IMG/VR virus record: IMGVR_UViG_3300020367_000004
Coordinates: 1 to 64,000 of that record
Direction: 5' to 3' (one strand)
Source: a virus
Taxonomy: Duplodnaviria; Caudoviricetes
Length of the DNA: 64,000 bases
Positions 20,555 to 29,275 of this stretch are shown one piece after another (the stretch's first letter is position 1; each line of letters opens with the position of its first letter). The position numbers were made by a program, and so were the translations under genes. The notes beneath the pieces were generated by a model. It was not told the origin of the DNA. It saw nothing but the letters and a program-made list of their open reading frames with translations, and did no database searches.

Positions 20555-21248
20555 ACTTATCCTACCATTTCTAAATCCTAAATTATTTGTGTGTGGAGAT
20601 AAACCACGAGTATGGAGAAAAGCATTACCTGACCCTACACAGTATGTGAATTGGGATACAGTTGCACATTGCTTTAATAACCCTTGGTATTATAGAACTC
20701 AGATATTAAATAGAGACGGAAGAAGATTGATGTTACCAGAGAAGTTTGAAGTCTGGTATGAGAAGGGAGTACCACGCAAGGAAGAATTATTCGCAGCAAT
20801 TAATGAAGGATATACATTTATTATTGAACAGTATGGACATTATAATGCAGCAGTAGATAATCTATTAGAGAATATAGAATCAGTATTCGATTGCAACTGT
20901 GATGCACATATATTTGGAGCAGCAAAACCAGATAGCACATCATTTGGTTCACATTGGGACATACCACCTAATTTTATATGTCAGGTAGATGGAGAGACAC
21001 ATTGGAATGTATTTGAAGAGCGTTGTTCTGGTCTCATAGAAATGACTGATGAACCATACCTACCAGATAAGAATAATCATGAACTCACAGTAGCATTAGA
21101 TGTTACACTCAAAGCGGGAGACGTCATGTACATACCCGCTAGGACATATCATAAACCATTTCCTAGTGGTAAACGATTGAGTATGTCTATCCCTTGTATG
21201 TACCCACTTGATGTAGAGAGCGACAGGAAACAGTATGTTATTGAATAA
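20547..21248 (+). CDS. JmjC/cupin_4 family oxygenase, paralogue 2
   Basis: HWD..NFICQVDGETHW..LKAGDVMYIPARTYH..RLSMS; start set by alignment to paralogue 1. Confidence 0.82.
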   Translation: MNKLILPFLNPKLFVCGDKPRVWRKALPDPTQYVNWDTVAHCFNNPWYYRTQILNRDGRRLMLPEKFEVWYEKGVPRKEELFAAINEGYTFIIEQYGHYNAAVDNLLENIESVFDCNCDAHIFGAAKPDSTSFGSHWDIPPNFICQVDGETHWNVFEERCSGLIEMTDEPYLPDKNNHELTVALDVTLKAGDVMYIPARTYHKPFPSGKRLSMSIPCMYPLDVESDRKQYVIE

Positions 21249-21771
21249 TTGCTACCCATTGCCTGATCCTATGGTGGATCAGATCGAGGAGATAGTAACC
21301 TCGCAGACATTTCCTTGGTACTTGTTAAAAGAAACAACGTTTGCTGATGAACAAGCAACACCATACGCAGGAGTGTTTGATAACAATAGTTTCTCTCATG
21401 TATTGGTGATGGACTATCAAGTTGTTAGTCACCAGTATGATCTATTTGAATCAGCATTGAGACTGATAGCACACCACGCAAAGCAACCATTTACTGACAT
21501 ATACAGAGTCAGGTTAGGTTGTCTGTTACCTGATAACCTACCACACCATTGCCCTCATGTTGACTTTGAAGAACCACATACCACAGCATTATATTATGTG
21601 AACAAGAGTGATGGAGACACATTCTTTTTTGATTTCAAAGAGGTAGATCATGTAACACCAGATAGAGGTAAGATGATAGTATTTGATGGACTAGACAAGC
21701 ACGCAAGCAGTAGTCCAAGCAAGGGGTACAGGATAGCACTCAATGTTAACTTCAAACCTAGGGTTACATAA
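21235..21771 (+). CDS. 2OG-Fe(II) oxygenase-like protein (HxD)
   Basis: FPWY; PHVD..TTALYYVN.SDGDT; FDG..HASS..RIALN. Confidence 0.85.
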   Translation: MLLNNCYPLPDPMVDQIEEIVTSQTFPWYLLKETTFADEQATPYAGVFDNNSFSHVLVMDYQVVSHQYDLFESALRLIAHHAKQPFTDIYRVRLGCLLPDNLPHHCPHVDFEEPHTTALYYVNKSDGDTFFFDFKEVDHVTPDRGKMIVFDGLDKHASSSPSKGYRIALNVNFKPRVT

Positions 21772-21872
21772 TGCCCATTTTGCCCAAATTGTCTTGAATT
21801 TAAGACAGTTTTGTGGTAAACTGTTTGAAAATGTGGTTAAATAAACATATACGCATAACCCAGTATGCACCT

Positions 21873-22043
21873 ATGTTTCCTAAATCCGCCATTCTGACGT
21901 CAGAGCAAAAGAAACTCGTACGTCACGCTCTTTTTGCCTTACAGAAAGAGTATTATCAAAAGTTGGGAGAAATTCCACCCGCTAAACTAATCTTATTAGA
22001 TGAAATTGCAACAGCATTGCACCTTAGAGATGAATACCTATGA
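21873..22043 (+). CDS. Hypothetical protein (56 aa)
   Basis: Likely ATG at 21873, downstream of a promoter-like stretch. Confidence 0.6.
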   Translation: MFPKSAILTSEQKKLVRHALFALQKEYYQKLGEIPPAKLILLDEIATALHLRDEYL

Positions 22044-22521
22044 TAATTTCCTTGACGAGGAATATCATCAAGAGTTATTGTCTATCCTCACAGGGTGGGA
22101 GTTCCCTTGGTTCTACCAGAATACTCTAACAGCAGGAAGTAGAGACGTTGGAGCATTAGGATTTAACCATTGGTTAAAGAATGATACTGACCCAGAATTT
22201 TCTGAATTAATTGCAAAAATGCAAGAAAAAGTAGGAGCAAAAGAGTGTTATAGAGCAAGATGTGACATGACATTATATAATCCAAAAGGATATAGACATG
22301 ACTTTCATACTGATGCTAAACAACCACACCGAGTTTGCATATATTATGTGAATGATAGTGATGGAGATACTATAATAATGGGAGAAGATAATCACATAGA
22401 AAGAGTCACACCCAAAGCAAACAGAATGATTACTTTTAATGGTAAACATTTACACACAGGTCACAGTCCTCAACAACATAAATGTCGTATCTTGATTAAT
22501 GCAAACTACTCACTTAACTGA
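22030..22521 (+). CDS. 2OG-Fe(II) oxygenase-like protein (HxD)
   Basis: FPWFY; HTD..IYYVNDSDGDT; FNG..HTG..RILIN. Confidence 0.85.
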   Translation: MNTYDNFLDEEYHQELLSILTGWEFPWFYQNTLTAGSRDVGALGFNHWLKNDTDPEFSELIAKMQEKVGAKECYRARCDMTLYNPKGYRHDFHTDAKQPHRVCIYYVNDSDGDTIIMGEDNHIERVTPKANRMITFNGKHLHTGHSPQQHKCRILINANYSLN

Positions 22522-23113
22522 TAAAGTAATACCTCTATTCTCTACACCTGTATTTGTAGAGGTAGGTAAGAATATGCCTGATGTTATTCCTCAAATTAAG
22601 GATTTAGAATATCATAATTATTCTAATAGACATAGAGGTGGAGAACAAACTACTAACATGAATATACTGGACACACTACCAGAATTAACAGAGTGGTTAA
22701 GTCCATTTGTTAAGGAGTATGTGTATGATGTCATGGGGTGTGATACTAAGAATGATATAGACATACCTTGTTCATGGGTTAATAGACATAAGTTTCAAGA
22801 TAAATCACATGAACATAATCATAGAAACTGTTTATATTCTGGAATAGTATATTTGGAGTGCGAACCCAACGGTGGTGATTTAATATTCACCAACCATAAA
22901 TTTGAAATGATAAGTCCAGATAGGACACACTACAACATATACAACAGTATGAAGTGGACTATCAGACCAGAGAAGGGCATGGTTGTTATGTTCCCTAGTG
23001 ACCTATTTCATTTTGTAACAGAGAATGTATCAAGTGAGATAAGATACTCGTTAGCATTTAATATGATGTTACGAGGAAAGTTTGGCAATCCCTCGTCATT
23101 CATAAACCTATGA
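22499..23113 (+). CDS. 2OG-Fe(II) oxygenase-like protein (HxH)
   Basis: LFSTPV; SWVN..HNH..SGIVYL; MFPSDLFHFV..RYSLAFN. Confidence 0.88.
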   Translation: MQTTHLTDKVIPLFSTPVFVEVGKNMPDVIPQIKDLEYHNYSNRHRGGEQTTNMNILDTLPELTEWLSPFVKEYVYDVMGCDTKNDIDIPCSWVNRHKFQDKSHEHNHRNCLYSGIVYLECEPNGGDLIFTNHKFEMISPDRTHYNIYNSMKWTIRPEKGMVVMFPSDLFHFVTENVSSEIRYSLAFNMMLRGKFGNPSSFINL

Positions 23114-23436
23114 GTACACCTTTATTCATTTCAGAGAGCATACCATTGGAAATTAGAGACATACTAAAAGCACTATCAGTTGGTAGTAAAGCAGCATGGC
23201 AAGGATTTGAAGGTACTATTGGATTTGTGAGTGATGACTACATCACATTAATATTAAGAGAGATACCTGACGAGAATACTAGATATGGATTTAGGACAGT
23301 CAGTCTAGTAGTCAGAAGGTGTGATTGGGAAGAATTAGAACTAGACCCAGTACATTTTAAAAGAGTAAGAGCATATAGAGGTAAGATAAATGACCACGCA
23401 GGCAATGATATGATGCCAGAGATAGACAAAAGATAA
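23110..23436 (+). CDS. Hypothetical protein (108 aa)
   Basis: ATGA overlap with upstream gene. Confidence 0.7.
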   Translation: MSTPLFISESIPLEIRDILKALSVGSKAAWQGFEGTIGFVSDDYITLILREIPDENTRYGFRTVSLVVRRCDWEELELDPVHFKRVRAYRGKINDHAGNDMMPEIDKR

Positions 23437-23480
23437 ACTGTCACAAGGGGTTGACTACTGTTCAACCTATGCACTATACT
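23422..23480 (+). promoter_or_regulatory. Early-type promoter cassette 1 (degenerate dyad + TTGACT-N18-TATACT)
   Basis: ATAGACAA-N8-CTGTCACA at 23422-23445; -10 at 23475. Confidence 0.65.
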
Positions 23481-23504
23481 AAGGAATATTATATTATTAT
23501 TGAG

Positions 23505-24758
23505 TTGACAATTACATTACGACCACATCAACAGCGAGCATTTGACACAATGCGTAAAAACAATAAAGGTTCAGTTATAGTACCCACAGGTGGTGGTAAG
23601 ACTATGATTATGATTGAACACGCTCGTATGACATATTGTCAGAACTCAGTACCTAAAACTATTGTAGTGGTTGCACCTCGCATACTACTAGCAAATCAAT
23701 TATGTTCAGAGTTTCTAGAACAGAACCTAGACGGTTGGTACAATCAGTCTATCGAGGTTATACATTGCCACTCAGGAGAGACTCACTTCAAGTCAACTAC
23801 TAAGACTAAGCAACTAGAAGAGTGGTATCACAATACACCTAAGAATCTTATCATATTCACTACATATCATTCATTACACAAGATCACAGATAGTCTTGAT
23901 ATTGAAGTTGACGTAGCATACTATGATGAAGCACATAACTCAGTTACTAGACGATTCTTTGATGGTACTCAGGCAATGAGTCACAGATCAAGACAATCAT
24001 ATTTCTTCACAGCAACACCTCGCATAGCACATCAACATGAGCGTAGCATGACTAACGAGAAGGTGTATGGTAAGAGACTTATCAATGTACCCGCACCAGA
24101 ACTCGTAAGTCAAGGTCACATACTACCACCAACTATCGTACCGTTTGAAGTTGATGCAACTAGAACCAGAGAGAATTGTCATGAAGTAGATGCAGAGTCA
24201 GTTGACGATATTATTGATACACTAGATGATACACACGCATCTAAGGTACTTGTAGCAGTTCCTAGTAGCGGTGTATTACAAGGTATGATCGCTAAGACCA
24301 CTCTATTGTATCGCTTGTCAGAGCGTGGATACGACACCTTACACATCACATCTAAGTTTGGTGCTATCATCAATGGTAAGAAGGTATCAAGAGAGCATTT
24401 CTTCGATACTCTTACAGCATGGGGTAGAGACCCAGATAAGAAGTTTGTTATCTTTCACTATTCTATTCTTAGTGAAGGTATAAATGTACATGGTCTTACA
24501 CATTGTATCTTGTTAAGAAACCTTAACGTAGTTGAAATGGCACAGACTATTGGTAGAGTTATACGACTAGATAAGAGAGATAGTAACAGGTTGCAGAGTG
24601 GAGAACTAACACCTTGCAAGTGGTCACTATATCATAAACCTACTGGTTACATCACAGTACCAGTACACAAGACATCAAAGAGAACTATCAAGAGACTAGA
24701 ATTAGTTTGTGATAGTATCTTTAACAAAGGAGAACCACCACTTAGTATCGTTAGATAA
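23505..24758 (+). CDS. Superfamily 2 (DEAH-type) helicase
   Basis: LRPHQ, VPTGGGKT, YDEAH, FTATP, LSEGIN, QTIGRVIR; TTG start at 23505 downstream of the promoter. Confidence 0.92.
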   Translation: MTITLRPHQQRAFDTMRKNNKGSVIVPTGGGKTMIMIEHARMTYCQNSVPKTIVVVAPRILLANQLCSEFLEQNLDGWYNQSIEVIHCHSGETHFKSTTKTKQLEEWYHNTPKNLIIFTTYHSLHKITDSLDIEVDVAYYDEAHNSVTRRFFDGTQAMSHRSRQSYFFTATPRIAHQHERSMTNEKVYGKRLINVPAPELVSQGHILPPTIVPFEVDATRTRENCHEVDAESVDDIIDTLDDTHASKVLVAVPSSGVLQGMIAKTTLLYRLSERGYDTLHITSKFGAIINGKKVSREHFFDTLTAWGRDPDKKFVIFHYSILSEGINVHGLTHCILLRNLNVVEMAQTIGRVIRLDKRDSNRLQSGELTPCKWSLYHKPTGYITVPVHKTSKRTIKRLELVCDSIFNKGEPPLSIVR

Positions 24759-25345
24759 TGGGTAAAATTTGTACACTATTTCCACAATTTTATTATCATG
24801 GAGAGGTAGAGAATCATCTAGAATTAAAAGATAAACTATTATCTGAAATGAAAGATGCAACTCTATCTCAACCAAGTGAGTGGAATTGTAGTGTTCAATC
24901 ATCATTTGAAACTAATACAAACATGACTGATTTCTCATGGGATTTCTTTTATAATAGTATTAAATCTAACCTCATGGAAATGCACTCGGAGTTAGGTGGT
25001 AATCCACTCTCACGCATAGACATGACCGAAGCATGGTTAAACAAATATGAGCGAGGAGATAGTCAAGAAGTACACACCCACATAGGAGGAGACGACTGTA
25101 CTTTCTCACTTGCCTATTTTGCCCAATATGCTGAAAATGATGCTAAATTTATATTCTATGACCCAGATCAAACTAAACATCTAGGTAATTATAGTAAACA
25201 TTACAGCACAGTTAACACATGGTTTCCTGATGTACAAGAAGGAGATATAATAATATTTCCCTCATGGTTACATCATCAAGTAGATGTTCACAGATCAGAT
25301 ACTACTAGAATCACAGTATCAGCAAATTTTAAAGTAAATTCATGA
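24758..25345 (+). CDS. 2OG-Fe(II) oxygenase-like protein (HxH)
   Basis: WLNKY..QEVHTH; EGDIIIFPSWLHHQV..RITVSAN. Confidence 0.88.
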   Translation: MGKICTLFPQFYYHGEVENHLELKDKLLSEMKDATLSQPSEWNCSVQSSFETNTNMTDFSWDFFYNSIKSNLMEMHSELGGNPLSRIDMTEAWLNKYERGDSQEVHTHIGGDDCTFSLAYFAQYAENDAKFIFYDPDQTKHLGNYSKHYSTVNTWFPDVQEGDIIIFPSWLHHQVDVHRSDTTRITVSANFKVNS

Positions 25346-25872
25346 CATACAGTACACCTGACGTCAAGGTAATTGACGGATACTTTCCAGACTGGTTAAT
25401 AGAAGATGTAGGCAAGTACTTGTCAACTGATTTCCCTATGTACTATAACAATACACCATACGGAGACTATAAGAAAGCAAGATTCTGGGGTAATACTGTT
25501 ATTAGGGATAACGAGTTTACAGGAGAGACACCTTGGTATTGGTTTTTCGCTTATCTTAATGAATGTATAATGAAAGATATATGTAAAGACCTACCTTTAA
25601 GTCATATCCATAGAGTTTTAGTCAATGCTCAACACCCACATCAAGTGAGTCAGACTCATACAGATTTTAACCATAAAGCAACAAGTATCATATACCACGC
25701 ATACGGTCAGAGTGGCGATACAACATTTGCTGACGGTCACAGAGTACCATTTAGAGAAGGTAGGTTAGTCATATTTGATTCCCAGAAGGAACATGATGGC
25801 GAACCACCTAATGAAGATATAAGAATAACACTAGGAGTGATCGCACCACACAAGGGTGTGTCAGTATATTAA
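25342..25872 (+). CDS. 2OG-Fe(II) oxygenase-like protein (HxD)
   Basis: HTD..SIIY..SGDT; GRLVIFDS..H..RITL. Confidence 0.82.
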   Translation: MTYSTPDVKVIDGYFPDWLIEDVGKYLSTDFPMYYNNTPYGDYKKARFWGNTVIRDNEFTGETPWYWFFAYLNECIMKDICKDLPLSHIHRVLVNAQHPHQVSQTHTDFNHKATSIIYHAYGQSGDTTFADGHRVPFREGRLVIFDSQKEHDGEPPNEDIRITLGVIAPHKGVSVY

Positions 25873-25940
25873 GTGGCACATAGTTTGTTGAAATTGTACG
25901 ACAGTCATATAATATAGAACTATCAAACAATTTCAACCAC
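25857..25940 (+). promoter_or_regulatory. Early promoter cassette 2
   Basis: Dyad TGTGTCAG-N8-GTGGCACA 25857-25880; TATAAT 25908; CAACCAC 25934. Confidence 0.8.
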
Positions 25941-25943
25941 ATT

Positions 25944-26075
25944 ATGTCAAGAAAAGAATTTGAACTCATGTATGATGCTTTCAAGAATTATCACATCTAC
26001 ATGACACCAGAACAAAAAGAGTTAGCGGAAAAGATATTGAATGAAGGTTTCTACAACACAGGTGCAAGATCATGA
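25944..26075 (+). CDS. Small hypothetical protein (43 aa; not in ORF track)
   Basis: MSRKEFELMYDAFKNY... directly after the leader box; ATGA overlap with next gene. Confidence 0.65.
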   Translation: MSRKEFELMYDAFKNYHIYMTPEQKELAEKILNEGFYNTGARS

Positions 26076-26293
26076 TGTACCCAGACATAAGAGACTTCCA
26101 TAAACTTCAAGGTAAGGAAGTTGACATTAAACTATCATGGGAACAACTCAATGATATTATGTACTACCTAGAATGGAAACTAACAGACATATCCGAAGCA
26201 GGGTGTGACCTAGAATTTCCAGAGGTAGAACAAGCAATGCAATCACTTGAAGAACAACAGTATCAAATTTACAAACAGGGGTGCGAAGCATGA
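26072..26293 (+). CDS. Small acidic hypothetical protein
   Basis: Coupled ORF in early island. Confidence 0.7.
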   Translation: MMYPDIRDFHKLQGKEVDIKLSWEQLNDIMYYLEWKLTDISEAGCDLEFPEVEQAMQSLEEQQYQIYKQGCEA

Positions 26294-26529
26294 AGCATAC
26301 AATCACACTAGATGACATGGAAATTACAGCACTCAATATCCTATTAGAGGGAGAGAGTGAGATTATGGTAGAGTCCAGACTCAATACTACTGGCAATGTC
26401 AACCCAGACAGGAGAGAGATTCTATTAAATCTGGTTTATACCAAAGTATTTGATGCCTGTTATAAAGCAGATAAAGACCCGAACAACGATTATGACATGA
26501 TGAAAAACTATGATAGGGTTTTATCATGA
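26290..26529 (+). CDS. Small hypothetical protein
   Basis: ATGA overlaps at both ends. Confidence 0.7.
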   Translation: MKHTITLDDMEITALNILLEGESEIMVESRLNTTGNVNPDRREILLNLVYTKVFDACYKADKDPNNDYDMMKNYDRVLS

Positions 26530-26741
26530 CACTTAAAGAGACATATATTAATACTCTCGTTGATAGCATGAGTATGGAAGATTTGCAACAATATGTGGCA
26601 AATGACATGGCATCTTTTTTGTATCATGTAAATGATACTGATTTACTTAATGAATTTTTAATTAAGGTAGAACATACCACAGATGAACAATTTTACAATA
26701 AGTTTGTAACCAGTTTAAAAGGTGGCACACTACTTGTTTAA
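26526..26741 (+). CDS. Small hypothetical protein, paralogue of 31531-31752
   Basis: LKETYINTLVDSMSMEDL vs LKELYVDRIVDNMSMKDL. Confidence 0.72.
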   Translation: MTLKETYINTLVDSMSMEDLQQYVANDMASFLYHVNDTDLLNEFLIKVEHTTDEQFYNKFVTSLKGGTLLV

Positions 26742-26784
26742 ATTCTAGAATCATACCTTTATAATGATAATATATTTCAACCAC
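26706..26784 (+). promoter_or_regulatory. Early promoter cassette 3
   Basis: GTAACCAG-N8-GTGGCACA 26706-26729; TATAAT 26760; CAACCAC 26778. Confidence 0.78.
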
Positions 26785-26790
26785 AAAGAC

Positions 26791-27084
26791 ATGGACACAC
26801 TCACACATAAAAGACAACTTGATGATTTCGTTGACTATGTGTGGTCATTCTATGGTAGTGATGATGACTCACTATACCCAATAGAAGGACTAACAAAGTT
26901 AGACATTTTCAAAGCAACTGCTATCTATTTCAAGAGCATGAATGACAATGTTACATGGGGAGACGGAGATAGTCTCGATAGAGAGCGTGTAAGAGACATC
27001 TTAGTTGATGTTATGGGCATGACAATCAATTACAACCCACAGAGGGGAATTACAGTTCAAGACTTAAAGGATTTAGCACTATGA
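26791..27084 (+). CDS. Hypothetical protein
   Basis: Start moved to the ATG after the leader box; F.DYVWSFYG..LYP and WGDGDSLDRERVRD motifs. Confidence 0.72.
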   Translation: MDTLTHKRQLDDFVDYVWSFYGSDDDSLYPIEGLTKLDIFKATAIYFKSMNDNVTWGDGDSLDRERVRDILVDVMGMTINYNPQRGITVQDLKDLAL

Positions 27085-27224
27085 GACATTTAGTTCCATT
27101 TACAAAAGACCAACTCTCAATTATTGAGAGTAGTCTTGAAGCATCACTCAAATATGCTGATAGCGAATATATCAGCGAAGTTGATGCAATCCTAAAAGAA
27201 ATTAAAGACAACACTAGATTTTAA
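27081..27224 (+). CDS. Small hypothetical protein (47 aa; not in ORF track)
   Basis: MRHLVPFTKDQLSII...; ATGA overlap. Confidence 0.6.
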   Translation: MRHLVPFTKDQLSIIESSLEASLKYADSEYISEVDAILKEIKDNTRF

Positions 27225-27228
27225 GATC

Positions 27229-27399
27229 ATGTACACTAAAAACGAAACAGCACTTCTTACTTTGATTTCTAACATCAACAACCAATTTTATTATATTGGC
27301 GAGGACAACGATAAAGTTGCACCAGTTGATGTAAAGAAATTCACACAATATTGTGTATCATTTATTGATTCATTGGAGATAGATCATGACGGAGAATAG
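27229..27399 (+). CDS. Small hypothetical protein (56 aa; not in ORF track)
   Basis: MYTKNETALLTLISN...; fills gap. Confidence 0.6.
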   Translation: MYTKNETALLTLISNINNQFYYIGEDNDKVAPVDVKKFTQYCVSFIDSLEIDHDGE

Positions 27400-27622
27400 A
27401 TTATGGGAATACCCAGAGGACAATCCCTATGGAGAGTGTACCTATGATGGTAAAGTTGAAGTTTACTTCAATATTTGTAATTTACTTACTGATGCTGAAC
27501 TTAACCAAGTTTGGGATATAGTGGGCAAAGCGTGTGACAGAAATAATATTGACACAGATGGAGACCAAGAGTTATCCGTTAGGTTGTATGATGATATTGT
27601 TGCAGAGGACAATGATGATTAA
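27386..27622 (+). CDS. Small acidic hypothetical protein
   Basis: GGAG RBS, packed. Confidence 0.7.
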   Translation: MTENRLWEYPEDNPYGECTYDGKVEVYFNICNLLTDAELNQVWDIVGKACDRNNIDTDGDQELSVRLYDDIVAEDNDD

Positions 27623-27785
27623 CTACAATCAATCTGACCTAAATCTATTAGATGACCTACATGATATTGTAGGTCAAGATTATGAGACAGGAAAGCATGA
27701 CCTAATAGAGTTCATGTTCAATTTATTAGAGCGTAATCAACTCGAAGAACTAAAAGACCTTATTACTAATCACTATGACCAGTAA
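27612..27785 (+). CDS. Small hypothetical protein
   Basis: GAGG RBS before ATG 27612. Confidence 0.65.
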   Translation: MMINYNQSDLNLLDDLHDIVGQDYETGKHDLIEFMFNLLERNQLEELKDLITNHYDQ

Positions 27786-27966
27786 TCAAATCAAAATCGA
27801 AACATTCGATAAGTACATCATGAGAGGTGGAGATCAATCACTCTCAAATATAGAGGACTTATGTTCCTATGGTTTTATGTTAATGGGTGTAGAACCACAT
27901 GATGAAAACGTATTCAATGACGTAGTTATTGGAACTATCCAGAAACTAACACAAAATTTGACTTAA
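27775..27966 (+). CDS. Small hypothetical protein
   Basis: Packed ORF. Confidence 0.65.
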   Translation: MTSNQIKIETFDKYIMRGGDQSLSNIEDLCSYGFMLMGVEPHDENVFNDVVIGTIQKLTQNLT

Positions 27967-27984
27967 CATTATTATTGGAGTATT

Positions 27985-28179
27985 ATGGAAGTTGTTATTC
28001 AACCTATGAATCTATTTGAATCAGAAATTTGCGTAGATTGTGGAAAACCTTGCCACATGGGTTCTGGAAGATTTGTTAATCGTTATGCTTACTACGGAGA
28101 CGAGGTAGAAGGTTGGCGGTGTGGCGAATGTTCAGCAGAACTAGATAGGTTACAAGAAGAGTTAGGATTTGACCTATGA
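27985..28179 (+). CDS. Small zinc-finger-like protein
   Basis: CVDC...CGEC; GGAG RBS. Confidence 0.65.
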   Translation: MEVVIQPMNLFESEICVDCGKPCHMGSGRFVNRYAYYGDEVEGWRCGECSAELDRLQEELGFDL

Positions 28180-28328
28180 GACCCTATTTTTTATACATCT
28201 TAATAGCATTTGTATTTCTAGGATTAATTAAGAATACTATGAAATTACATAAAGGAGAAGGTGTACAAGAGCGTATTAGAACACGCAATGAACTATTACA
28301 ACAGCAATTAAAACAGTTGGAACAATGA
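28176..28328 (+). CDS. Small membrane-anchored protein (50 aa; not in ORF track)
   Basis: MRPYFLYILIAFVFLGLIK...; ATGA overlaps at both ends. Confidence 0.6.
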   Translation: MRPYFLYILIAFVFLGLIKNTMKLHKGEGVQERIRTRNELLQQQLKQLEQ

Positions 28329-28543
28329 TAACACCCGAATCCAAAGAGAACAACTACTTCACTAAAACAAGTGATGGACAATACGATAGGCATAAGTATA
28401 AGATTAATTGTAAAGATGGTAGTTCAGTCATTACATACGATTATAATGATGTTATAGAGAACTATTGGCATAAACATCAATTAATAGAGAATGTAGAAGT
28501 ATTGGACATTAAACCCAAGAGATCAGGCGGTAAGGGATTTTGA
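28325..28543 (+). CDS. Small hypothetical protein
   Basis: YDRHKYKI motif, ends GGKGF. Confidence 0.7.
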   Translation: MITPESKENNYFTKTSDGQYDRHKYKINCKDGSSVITYDYNDVIENYWHKHQLIENVEVLDIKPKRSGGKGF

Positions 28544-28641
28544 AAACAGATACACTACTAAGGATACTCAAAGTTGTTAGAGTAAAGAAGGTTAAGTATA
28601 AACCTACTCGTAAACATTATAATATGCACTTATACGGTTAA
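28540..28641 (+). CDS. Very small basic protein (33 aa; not in ORF track)
   Basis: TTG start, MKTDTLLRILKVV..RKHYNMHLYG; TAATG coupling to next gene. Confidence 0.5.
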   Translation: MKTDTLLRILKVVRVKKVKYKPTRKHYNMHLYG

Positions 28642-29210
28642 TGAAACATACATTATTTCCTATACAATACTACCATTGCAAGATACATAACCATAAAGAG
28701 TTATTCGGTTCATTATTAGAAAGTGCTAAACATTTACTCAAAGATGCTCAGGGTAAATGGAATTGTAGTGTTTATACAACTTACTTTGAAGAGCAAGATG
28801 TAGTAAATCCTGATGAACTAGGGAAAGTCCTCGCACCTTATTTGTATCAATATTTCCCTACACATTGCAATATAGATTTAATAAACTCATGGTTAAACTT
28901 ATATAATAGTGGACACACACAAGAACCACATCATCATGTAAATTTCCCTGACTTTATTAATTTTAGTGGTGTAGTATTCATACAGTATAAGAAGGGAGAA
29001 GATGCCAACTTTTATTTTGAGAATTTAAACTTAGAGCATACAGTACTAGGTTACACACACATATTTGAACAAGATCAGATATTAACACCTGATATAACGG
29101 AAGGCGATTTGCTGTTATTTCCCTCGTTTGTACGACATGGTGTAAAGACTCAAAGATTTGATAATAACAGATTAACGCTCAGTTTCAACCTTGCTGTGAC
29201 ACCTATGTAA
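28641..29210 (+). CDS. 2OG-Fe(II) oxygenase-like protein (HxH)
   Basis: SWLNLY..QEPHHH..FSGVVF; EGDLLLFPSFVRHGV..RLTLSFN. Confidence 0.88.
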   Translation: MKHTLFPIQYYHCKIHNHKELFGSLLESAKHLLKDAQGKWNCSVYTTYFEEQDVVNPDELGKVLAPYLYQYFPTHCNIDLINSWLNLYNSGHTQEPHHHVNFPDFINFSGVVFIQYKKGEDANFYFENLNLEHTVLGYTHIFEQDQILTPDITEGDLLLFPSFVRHGVKTQRFDNNRLTLSFNLAVTPM

Positions 29211-29268
29211 GTGTCACACAATTTGACACAAGTGCTAGACGTGTGATTATAATGGAAATATCAACCAC
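29195..29268 (+). promoter_or_regulatory. Early promoter cassette 4 (perfect dyad)
   Basis: TGTGACAC-N8-GTGTCACA 29195-29218; TTGACA 29223; TATAAT 29248; CAACCAC 29262. Confidence 0.85.
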
Positions 29269-29275
29269 AGATAAC

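Noticed and set aside
29195-29218. Dyad as a canonical CRP or NtcA site
   Set aside because: TGTGA and TCACA are 14 nt apart, not 6; it does not match GTA-N8-TAC
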